A stretch of DNA of 64,000 bases from Octopus sinensis (lineage: Eukaryota), in NCBI RefSeq assembly GCF_006345805.1, contig NW_021833449.1, positions 23,946 through 87,945 of the forward strand, read 5' to 3'. Each line of letters opens with the position of its first letter. Position 1 is the first letter of the stretch. Both the position numbers and the translations under genes were made by a program. Shown here in pieces: positions 53,474-64,000 of this stretch. The notes under the pieces were generated by a model. That model saw nothing but the letters and a program-made list of their open reading frames with translations, made no database searches and had not been told where the DNA came from.

Positions 53474-54598
53474 CATTCGTCCTTATTTATAGAAAAATAT
53501 ATTTGTACCAAACGAATGCTGAGTGGGATGTAATGAACTGTTCTCTCCCAAATCGTTGTGACTTTGTACTTAAAGACAAAAGGACAAAGGACTGGCCCTT
53601 CTTTTCAGGTCAAGCCCTCATTCACGTCTTCAAGTACCGCTTGTATAATAAAGGCAGGGGTGCAGGGGTGAACAGAATCATACTACGCTCCAGTAACCTT
53701 GCTGTATCTTAACAACAAGTGACGCATAGAGATGATTTGGTTGAATGGATACAGTCTCCATTTGTGACTATTGAGTGTAGACAGAAACAGGGGCAGCAGA
53801 CTCCGTTTTTGGTATTTGTGAACATTTAGAATCGTGTGGGATGCTTCCATTGAATATCCTTAAATAGCCTAAAACAAAAATTTTATATCCTCACAAAAAG
53901 TCAATTTATATAAACAAATTCTTTATTATACTTCACGCTACTCTTCTTCTGGCACCGATCTCCACTGCACCCATTCAGGGATTGTTGTCTGATGCATTCA
54001 TTCTCTTGTGTCCCCTCATCCACGTCCTTTCGGTAAATAAAGGTATCATTAGTATCACCACCACCACCGCTGCTGCCACCATCTCTTCATTACTACTGCT
54101 ACTATTAATCCTATTACTACTATTACTACTACTACTCTTGTCTTCTCATTGCCCATCTCTCGTTCTGAGGTCAAAATCCGTCGAGGCCGACTTTACCTTT
54201 CGTCCTTTCGGGGTCAATAAATTACATATTAGTGAAACACTAAGGTCGATGTAATCGACCAGTCCTCTCCCCACAAATTCGAGGCCTTGTACCTCCAGAA
54301 GAAAGGATTATTATTATTATTATTATTATTATTATCATTATTATTATTATTATTATTATTATTGTTGTTGTTGTTGTTGTTGTTATTGAAGACACAAGGC
54401 CTGAAATTAGGAGGAAAGCGGACTAGTTGATTACATCGATCCCAGTGTTTCACAGATACTTAATTTACCGACTCCGAAATGATGAAATGCAAAGTCGACC
54501 TCGGCGGAATTTGAACTGAAAACGTAGCGACGGGAGAAATACCGCTAATTATTTCGTCTAGCGCGCTAACGATTCTGCCAACTCGCTTTCTTTATTAT

Positions 54599-54631
<33 letters not shown>

Positions 54632-54638
54632 TAATAAT

Positions 54639-54692
<54 letters not shown>

Positions 54693-55990
54693 GGCAGCGA
54701 GCTAGCAGGCTCAGTAGCACGCCAGACAAAATGATAGGGGTATTTCGTCCCTCTTTAATTTATGACTTCAAATTCTGCCGAGGTCGACTCTACCTTTCAC
54801 CCTTTCAGGGTAGATAAAATGAGTACCAGTCGAACACTGACTTCTACACCAAAATTGCTCTCCTTGAGCTAAAATTTGAAATCATTATTATTAGTACATT
54901 ATTTACTTTATTTACATTTGACGGAAATTCCGAGTTCAAATTCCGCCGAGGTCGACTTTACATTTCGTTCGTTGTCGCGGGGTCGATAAAATATGTACCA
55001 GCGAAGTACTGGAGCCGATGCAATCGACAACCACCCCTTCCATACCCCACCCCCCATAAATTCAGGCCTTGTTGTTTATAGTTTTTGTTGTTCTTATTCT
55101 TTCTCTTTATCATCGCGATCGTCATGATTATCCGTTCATAAAAAAAAAGAACAGTTAATGGAGCAGAGCACTGGGAGGGGTGAGAGACGGGTGTAGGGTA
55201 GGACGTTGGGGGGGGGGTCACTAAAATGAAAGAAACATTTGTGTGTGTTTGTCATGTTAAATTTAATGTTTGTGTTCTTCGTTTGTTATTTTATTGTTTT
55301 TGTTTGTTTGTTGGGGTTTTTTTTTTTTTTGGGTTTTTTTTTTTTTTGTTCTAAATTTCTGATATTGCTTTCACTTGATTTCCTTTCAATTTGCTCTTTT
55401 ACACATTTTTTACATGTCAGCGAGAAATGTAAACACGATGAACAGACGCACCATTTAACAAAACACAACAATAAGAGCAACAACAACAACAACAACAACA
55501 TACGAACAAACAAACAAACAATAACCAATATTTTTTTTATGCGAAAAAGAGAAACAAAAAAAACAAACAGAAATATGTATTAAAATTTTAATAAAATAAT
55601 TTCAAAAAATGTAGAAAAGTGTAATAATAACAACAAAACAAACTTTTAAAAAGGACAAAATGCTGCACAAATACTACAATGAACATGTTGTTGGTTAACC
55701 CCGGATACAGATCTGATCTAACAGGCTTCTAGTACAAGCGTTCCAGCCGTGATCATCGCACGTTTGTTTCTCCTGTATCTAAGGAATCCATGGTTAGCTT
55801 AATAAAGTTATCGAGTTTTAAAAACAGTGGTTTCCAACCTGAAGATTTGTCGGTTGCTATTTCTAGCAGGTTGAGCGGTAACGTAGCGGCTACGATGTTA
55901 TAGGGTCGTTTTGTTGTTGTTGTTGATGTTACCCAAGTCTTATTTTTTCTATGACGATGGGCTGTGATTTGCAGGACATTTGACAGATCG

Positions 55991-56390
55991 TTTCTAGGTA
56001 ACTAAAAAATTTTAAACTTCGTATACTGGTAGAATGTGTTTATAAAACATCTTTTTCTCTTGGCTTTATTGAGAAAATTCTATGCTTTTTAAGATATTTG
56101 CTGTTATTTTTCTTCATTTTTTGCAATTTCAACCAATCACTGACTTCTATTGAGGTAAAAAAAACATTCTGTGTCGAATGAATATGTCCCTCGTTTAAGA
56201 AACAAATTGGGTTTATTTACATTTGTGAAGAAAAAAAGATACTCTTCCCCCCATCACTAATCCTAACCCTTACTAACCCTAAACCTAAAACAGATTGAAA
56301 TGCAATAGATCGATACTAGGGTCATAATTATAGGTGACAATTTCATATGACACCGCTAGAAAAAACTGCCGTTCAAACCGAAAAGATCCC
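55991..56390. mobile_element. Probable non-autonomous DNA element fragment with CCCTAA-like tract
   Basis: Internal cctaacccttactaaccctaaacctaa and a sharp end at gccgttcaaaccgaaaagatcc. It resembles an abundant octopus repeat as I recall it; not verified. Confidence 0.35.
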
Positions 56391-56589
56391 ATTTGACAAC
56401 TATTTCTACCTGACCTCTTGTTGCTTCATGTATATGTATGTGTAAGTATGTATGTATGTATGTATGTATGTATGTGTGTATGTATATATGTACGCATGCA
56501 TATATATATATATATATATACATACATACATACATACATACAGACATACATACATACATACATACATACAGGCGCAGGCGTGGCCGTGA

Positions 56590-59500
56590 GGTAAGGAGTA
56601 GTGGTGGTGGTGGTGGTAGTCGTCGTCGTCGTCGTGGCGGTGGTAGTCGTGGCGGTGGTAGTCGTGGTGGTGGGGGTAGTGGTGGTGGTGGTGGTGGTGG
56701 TGGTGGTGGTGTTTGTGCCAGAGTCGTCCGTAGTCTTTGACAGTGAAGCTGTCGTCTGGTTTCTTCCAGTTTTTCTTTGTGTAGGCGGCGGCGGAGTTGG
56801 CGTCCAATGCTCACACCTGCACCTGTCTTGCTCCTCCCCTTCTTTCCCCCCTTCATGAAGCTGTGGGGAAGGCAGGGTAAGGAAATCAACGTCGTAAGCG
56901 TTGTCAAGGAGACCAGCCTTCTTTTCGACGACGACTTCATGGCTTGAAGACTCAAAACAGAAATGGCTAAGAAAGCCGAAAGCAGATTCTACAAAATGGG
57001 GAAATACGCCACACGGGACAGGTTTCCCGTGCAAAGGATTCGCACAACCGAATGTTTTAATTGTTGCACAACTTTTACATAGAAAATATTATCCAAACAC
57101 AAACTTTTGAAGTTTAGTATTGTGATTTTTTGTTTTAACGCTTGTGCAAAATTGGATTTGTTTTTGGTGGTAGTGTTGGTGGTAGTGTTGGTGTCACTTG
57201 TAGTAGTTGAGGTTGTAGTAGCGGCGTTGTTGTTGGCAGTTATGGGAGACGGCAAAACGGCGATATCGTTGTTGTTGTTGTTGGTGGTGGTGGTGGAGGC
57301 GGTGGTGATGGCGGTGGTCGTTGTGGTGGTGGTGGTGGTGGCTGTAGTGGTGGTGGTGATGGTGGTGGTGGTGGTGGCTGTAGTGGTGGTGGTGATGGTG
57401 GTGGTGGTGGTGGTGGTGGAGGCGGTGGTGATGGCGGTGGTCGCTGTGGTGGTGGTGGTGGTGGCTGTAGTGGTGGTGGTGATGGTGGTGGTGGTGGTTG
57501 CGATGGTGGTGGTGGTGGTGGTGATGGTGGTGGTGATGGTGGTGGTGATGGTGGTGGTGGCTGTGGTGGTGGTGGTGGTGGTGGTGGCTGTGGTGGTGGT
57601 GGTCGTCGTCGTCGTCGTCGTGGTAGTGATGGTGGTGGTGGTGGTGGTGGTGGTGGTGGTGGTGGCTGTGGTGGTGGTCGTCGTCGTCGTGGTAGTGGTG
57701 GTCGTCGTCGTCGTGGTAGTGATGGTGGTGGTGGTGATGGTGGTGGTGATCGTCGTCGTCGTGGTAATGGTGGTGGTGTTTGTGGCAGAGTCGTCCGTAG
57801 TCGTAGTCTTTGACTGTGAAGCTGTCGTCTGGTTTCTTCCAGTTTTTCTTTGTGTAGGCGGCGGCGGAGTTGGCGTCCAATGCTCACACCTGCACCTGTC
57901 TTGCTCCTCTCCCCCTTCCCTCCTTCATGAAGCTGTGGGGAAGGCAGGGTAAGGAAATCAACGTCGTGAGCGTTGTCAAGGAGACCAGCCTTCTTTTCGA
58001 CGACGACTTCATGGCTTGAAGACTCCAAAACAGAAATGGCTAAGAAAGCCGAAAGCAGATTCTTCAAAATGGGGAAACACGCCACACGGGACAGGTTTCC
58101 CGTGCAAAGAATTTGCACAACCGAATGTATTGGTTGTTGCACAACTTTTACATAATAAATATTATCCGAACACAAACTTTTGAAGTTTAGTAGTGTGTTG
58201 TTGTTTTTTGTTTTAACGCTTGTGAAAAATTGGATTCGTTTTCGGTGGTAGTATTGGTGGTAGTGTTGGTGTCACTTGTAGTTGTTGAGGTTGTAGTAGT
58301 AGCGGTGTTGTTGTTGGCAGTTATGGGAGACGGCAAAACGGCGATATCGTTGTTGTTGTTGTTGGTGGTGGTGGTGGTGGCTGTGGTGGTGGTGGTCGTC
58401 GTCGTCGTGGTAGTGATGCTGGTGGTGGTGGTGGTAATGGTGTTGGTGGTGGCCGTGGTGGTGGTGGTGGTGGCGGTGGTGGTCGTTGTGGTGGTAGTGG
58501 TCGTCGTGGTCGTCGTGGTAGTGATGGTGGAGGTGGTGGCGATGGTGGTGGCGATGGTGGTGGTGGGGTGGTGGTGGTGGTGGTGGTGGCCGTGGTGGTG
58601 GTGGTGGTGACGGTGGTGGTGGTGGTGTGGTGGTGGTGATGGTGATGGTGGTGGTGATGGTGGTGGTGGTGGTGGTAGGTAGGTGGTGTGGTGTAGTGGT
58701 GTGGTGGTGATGGTGGTGGTGTGGGTGGTGGTGGTGGTGGTGTTGGTGATGGTGATGGTGGTGGTGATGGGGTGGTGGTCTAGTGGTGGTGCTGTGGTGG
58801 TTGGTGGTGTCGTCGTCGTTGTGGTAGTAGTGGTGGTGGTCGTCGTCGTCGTGGTAGTGATGGTGGTGGTGGTGGTGGTGGTGGTGGTGGGTGGCGATGG
58901 TGGCTTGGTGGTGGTGGTGGTGATGGTGGGGGTTGGTGGTGGTAGTTGGTGTGGTCTGGTGGTGCTGGTCGTCGTTGGGGTGGTGGTAGTGGTGGTGGTG
59001 GTGGTGGTGGTGGTGGTGGGGTGGTGGCTGTAGGGTGGTGGTGGATGGTGGTGATGTGTGGTGGTGGTTATGGTGGTGTGATGGTGTGGTGGTGGGGTGG
59101 TGGTGGTGGTGGTGGCTGTGGTGGTGGTGGTGGTGGTGCTGGTCGTCGTTGTGGTAGTGGTGGTGGTGGTGGTGGTTATGGTGGTGGTGGTGGCTGTGGT
59201 GGTGGTGACGATGGTGGTGGTGGTGGTGGTGGCTGTGGTGGTGGTGCTGGTCGTCGTGGTGGTAGTGGTGGTGGTGGATGGTGGTGATGGTAGTGGTGGT
59301 GGTGGCTGTGGTGGTGGTGGTGGTGGTCGTCGTCGTCGTCGTCGTCGTAGTAGTGATGGTAGTGGTGGTGGTGGCTGTGGTGGTAATGGTGGTGGTGTTT
59401 GTGGCAGAGTTGTCCGTAGTCGTAGTCTTTGACTGTGAAGCTGTCGTCTGGTTTCTTCCAGTTTTTCTTTCTGTCGGTGGCGGAGTTGGCGTCCAATGCT

Positions 59501-59761
59501 CACACCTGCACCTGTCTTGCTCCTCCCCCCTTCTCTCCTTCATGAAGCTGTGGGGAAGGCAGGGTAAGGAAATCAACGTCGTAAGCGTTGTCAAGGAGAC
59601 TAGCGTTCTTTTTGAACGACGACTTCAAGGCTTGAAGACACCAAAACAGAAATGGCTAAGAAAGCCGAAAGCAGATTCTACAAAATGGGGAAATACGCCA
59701 CACAGGGCAAGTTTCCCGTGCAAAGAATTTGCACATCCGAATGTATTGGTTGTTGCACAAC
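56590..59761 (-). repeat. Tandem array of ~2.6 units: ~560-bp unique core plus variable (ACN)n arrays
   Basis: Cores at 56711-57270, 57778-58350 and 59397-59761 (truncated) are highly similar. The spacer arrays are ~510 and ~1050 bp. Confidence 0.9.
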
Positions 59762-59795
59762 ATGCTACGAGCCGATGTGACTATTGTCCGTCCAT

Positions 59796-59863
<68 letters not shown>

Positions 59864-60098
59864 GATTCAGTATATATATTGATTTGACCTGTGCATAAGC
59901 ATGCTTGCATTTAAGTAATCCCTTTCACTTAATTCTAACCGGGTCACTGACATTTTTGTACACCTTATAAATTATGTGCGTTACACATTCCACACTTGTA
60001 TCACACACACACACACACAAATATGTATATGTGTATATATATATATATATACTCTCCCCCCTGTCTCTCTCACTCTCTGTATATATATTCTCTCTTTT

Positions 60099-60536
60099 CT
60101 CTTTTACTCTTTTACTTGTTTCAGTCATTTGACTGCGGCCATGCTGGAGCACCGCCTTTAATCGAGCAACTCGACCCCGGGACTTATTCTTTTGTAAGCC
60201 CAGTACTTATTCTATCGGTCTCTTTTGCCGAACCGCTAAGTAACGGGGACATAAGCACATCAGCATCGGTTGTCAAGCAATGCTAGGGGGATAAACACAG
60301 ACACACAAACACACACGCACACACACATATCATATATATATATATATATTATATATATATATATACATATATACGACGGGCTTCTTTCAGTTTCCGTCTA
60401 CCAAATCCACTCTCAAGGCTTTGGTTGGCCCGAGGCTATAGTAGAAGATACCTGCCGAAGGTGCCACGCAGTGGGACTGAACCCGGAACCATGTGGTTGG
60501 TAAACAAGCTACTTACCACACAGCCACTCCTGCGCC
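60099..60536 (-). mobile_element. SINE family A, full-length (tRNA-like head, CORE-like segment, internal TA/TG microsatellite, GTAAAAGA tail)
   Basis: Head ggcgcaggagtggctgtgtggtaag...ggttccgggttcagtcc (A/B-box-like), accttgggcaag-type segment, and 3' hairpin cagtca-aa-tgactg. Many copies in the window. Confidence 0.85.
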
Positions 60537-61425
60537 TATATATATTGAGTATATAAATATAATCATATTTTTATAACTATATACTTAAAAATCAATTCTA
60601 CCGATATGGTCGTATATTTTTTACGCTAGCCATTGATACAATCATTTTAATGATGGTATCCTCAATTTATAAGTATACACACACACACATAAATATATAT
60701 ATAAATATATATGTGTGTGTGTGTGTGTTGTGTGTGTGTGTGTGTGTGTGTACATACATATACACACGCATACACGCATGTGTTTAAATAACTATTGAAA
60801 ACATATTTCCATAATGGACATATAAAACTTATAACAAATGGCCGTCACTTCATCGGAAATTGAAATCTAAAATAACTGTTTGAAACGAGGTCAAAATATA
60901 ACGTTTATTGTTCCCATGGTTTTCATTTTGAGTTTTTAAGTTCTGGTTAATTGTTTGTATCTTAAGACATTTTTGACAGATATTCCATCGAAATTTATAA
61001 TAGATATATGTGTTTTCGTAAGTGTGAGAGTATGTATGTATATGTATACGTACATACATATATATATGCATGTATGTACATATGCGTGTATATACGTATC
61101 TGTAGATGCCTATGTATGGGGTATGATGTTATAGTAGTTGTAGTTATTCATGTTCCATATCCTTTCTTGGGACATGAATATATATATATATATATATATT
61201 CTTTTATTCTTTATTTTCAGTTGACTGCGGCGGCCATGCTGAAGCACCGCCTTTAGTCGAGCAAATCAACCCCAGAACTTAATCTTTGTAAGCCTAGTAC
61301 TTATTCTATCGGTCCTTCTTGCCGGACTGCTAGGTGACGGGGACGTAAACACACCAGCATCGGTTGTCAAGTGATGTTGGGGGGGACAGACACAGACACA
61401 CTAACATACTAACCTATATATATAT

Positions 61426-62433
61426 ATTTGCTGATGATGCCGCTCTGGTATCACACACAGAAGAAGCCCTCCAAAGGCTCATTAACTGTTTTGAGCAAGC
61501 ATGTAACGACTTTGGCTTAGCTATCACCTTAAGAAGACCAACACATGGGTCAGGCTACATCGGACATCCCAAACATACATATTGGAGACCACAGATTACA
61601 GGAGTGTGAGAAGTTTACCTATCTTGGCTCTACCGTCACCAACAACCTATCCCTTGACGCTGAGCTCATATAGCATTGGCAAGGCAGCTGCTGCGATGGC
61701 CCAACTTTCCAAACGGGCATGGGACAACAATAAGCTGACCAAGACCACGAAAATGAAGATCTACCAGGCATGTGTACTTAGCACTCTACTGTATGGAAGT
61801 GAGACTTGGACGCTATACACACGCCAAGAGCGTCGCCTAAACATCTTTCACCTGCGCTGCCTCCGGAAAATCCTCCGTATCAAATGGCAGAATCATGTCC
61901 CCAACAAAGATGTCCTCAAGCAAGCAGGAATACCAAGCATGTTTGCACTCCTCACACAAAGACGCATGAGGTGGCTTGGACATGTTAGCCGTATGAAAGA
62001 TGGCAGAATCCCCAAGGACATACTCTACGGAGAGCTTGCTAGGGTTACTAGGTCTGTGGGTAGACCGTTCTTACGTTACAAGGATGTTTGCAAAAGGACA
62101 TGAAGGCCTGCCAACATTCATCTATTAGCATTGGGAGCAGTTGCCGGCAACCGTGGAGATTGGCGACGTACCGTAAAAGAGGGAATATAAAGGAGTGAAG
62201 AGAGAGAGGAGAGAGGAGAAATGGAAAGACAAGAAAAGACGTCAACAATAAACTATGACACTACAACCAGCCAGGAACAGTCTTCGCTACATTTGCAGTA
62301 CATGCCAGAGGGAGTGTTTGTCCAGGATAGGACTACACAGCCACAGCAGGAAATATATTAGGACATGAAATGTAAAAGCCGGACTGGACTATTTTATGCG
62401 CAACTCCATTGTCTCCCGAGACAAAAAGGATGT

Positions 62434-62439
<6 letters not shown>
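61426..62439 (+). mobile_element. 5'-truncated RTE-clade LINE (RT C-terminal part, zinc finger, 3' UTR), frameshifted
   Basis: IFADDAAL RT motif; YQACVLSTLLYGSETW; RRMRWLGHVSRM; GRPFLRYKDVCKR; terminal YICSTCQRECLSRIGLHSHSRK C2H2-like motif; tail ccattgtctcccgagac..ggatgtcaacaa. Nested in the (TA)n of a SINE-A copy. Confidence 0.93.
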
Positions 62440-62465
<26 letters not shown>

Positions 62466-63325
62466 CGACGGGCTTATTTCAGTTTCCGTCTACCAAATCC
62501 ACAAATATATATACTATACTATATATTATTTACTATCTATCATATATGTATGTATGTATTTACATATATGTATATATGTATTTATGAATGTATGTATACG
62601 TGTGGTGTGTGTGTGTGTGAGTGAGTGTGTGTATGTGTGTGTGTAAGCCAAGATATAGACGACACTAAAGTGACAGAGGGACCCTATCAATAACTACTGA
62701 GTTGCTTTGACTCTTATTTCTAGCAATTACGGCGCTGCTTACTGCCTTTTGTCACGTTAGTGAAGTTAATATTTCTGCATTTAGGTTGTAAAATTGCAAA
62801 TAAGCCACCCATATTATTTATAATTTTCACTTTTTCCGTTTTATGAAATCAGCGTTTGATTTCAATGGAAACACAGACACACAAAACGTATACACACACA
62901 CACATATATATATATGCATATACATATATAGGCGCAGGAGTGGCTGTGTGGTAAGTAGCTTGTTTACCAACAACATGGTCCGGGTTCAGTCCCACTGCGT
63001 GGTACCTTGGGCAAGTGTCTTTTACTATAGTCTCGGGCCGACCAATGCCTTGTGAGTGGATTTGGTAGATGGAAACTGAAAGAAGCCCGTCGTATATATG
63101 TATGTATATATATATGCGCGCGTGTGTTTGTCCCCCTAGCATTGCTTGACAACCGATGCTGGTGTGTTTATGTCCCCGTTACTTAGCGGTTCGGCAAAAG
63201 AGACCGATAGAATAATTACTGGGCTTACAAAAGAATAAGTCCCGGGGTCGAGTTGCTCGATTAAAGGCGGTGCTCCAGCATGGCCGCAGTCAAATGACTG
63301 AAACAAGTAAAAGAGAAAGAGAGAG

Positions 63326-63364
<39 letters not shown>

Positions 63365-64000
63365 TATATATATACGTATACACACACATATATATATATA
63401 TACATATACATATATACGACGGGCTTCTTTCAGTTTCTGTCAACCAAATCCACTCCCAAGCTTTGGTCAGCCCGAGGCTATAGTAGAGGTTTGTTTAACG
63501 TTTTAGCTAAACAAGCAATCGGTTGATTATTAAAGTCCTTTCGTCGCTATTTGCGACCTCATCCATGATACTTCTCCTCTCTAGAAGGCCTGCCTAGATA
63601 GCAACGAAAGGCATACACACAATGGAAGATGTACGATGCCCTGAGGAATGTAAATGAACATTTAAATCATATATTTGTCTTGTCTCTTACTGTTTTATTA
63701 AACTCCTTTATTATGCGTAATTGTTTATGTTATACTTTTCCATAAATTTAAAAACTTCTTCCCCTCTTTGCTGTATAGCATATATCACTCCTTCCCCCGT
63801 TTTAATATAAATTATTGCTCCGGCATCTTTCCTCTGTTACTCGTGTGATTAACGTGTATTTTATTTCATCAAACCTTTCCAGGCCTTGAGGCCAATGAAG
63901 TCATTTTTATATCTATTATCATCAATATGGGTTCCGGGTTCAGTCCCACTGCGTGGCATCTTGGGCAAGTGTCTTCTGCTATAGCCCCGGGCCGACCAAT

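Noticed and set aside
56255-56290. Interstitial telomere
   Set aside because: Only a few degenerate CCCTAA units, embedded in an interspersed repeat.

Overview
AT-rich, microsatellite-saturated animal genomic DNA with no recognisable complete protein-coding gene. The SINE set and repeat landscape suggest an octopus genome (inference, not verified). Most listed ORFs are translations of simple repeats. Supported content: three abundant tRNA-headed SINE families (my labels A, B, C) with swapped heads and tails; two RTE-clade LINE fragments; a decayed R4/Dong-like RT; a decayed mariner; several MITEs; an NRF1/ETS promoter-like island at 32.1 kb; a few candidate minus-strand exons; and a triplicated ~560-bp unit with Thr-rich arrays at 56.6-59.8 kb. 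The most notable signal is a set of hammerhead ribozyme (HHR) motifs in probable Penelope-like retroelement remnants. It includes one fully canonical type I HHR (50173-50223, minus) and one candidate HHR whose three core strands are in a non-circularly permuted order (41380-41441, plus). All RNA structures were derived by eye, and none has been tested.
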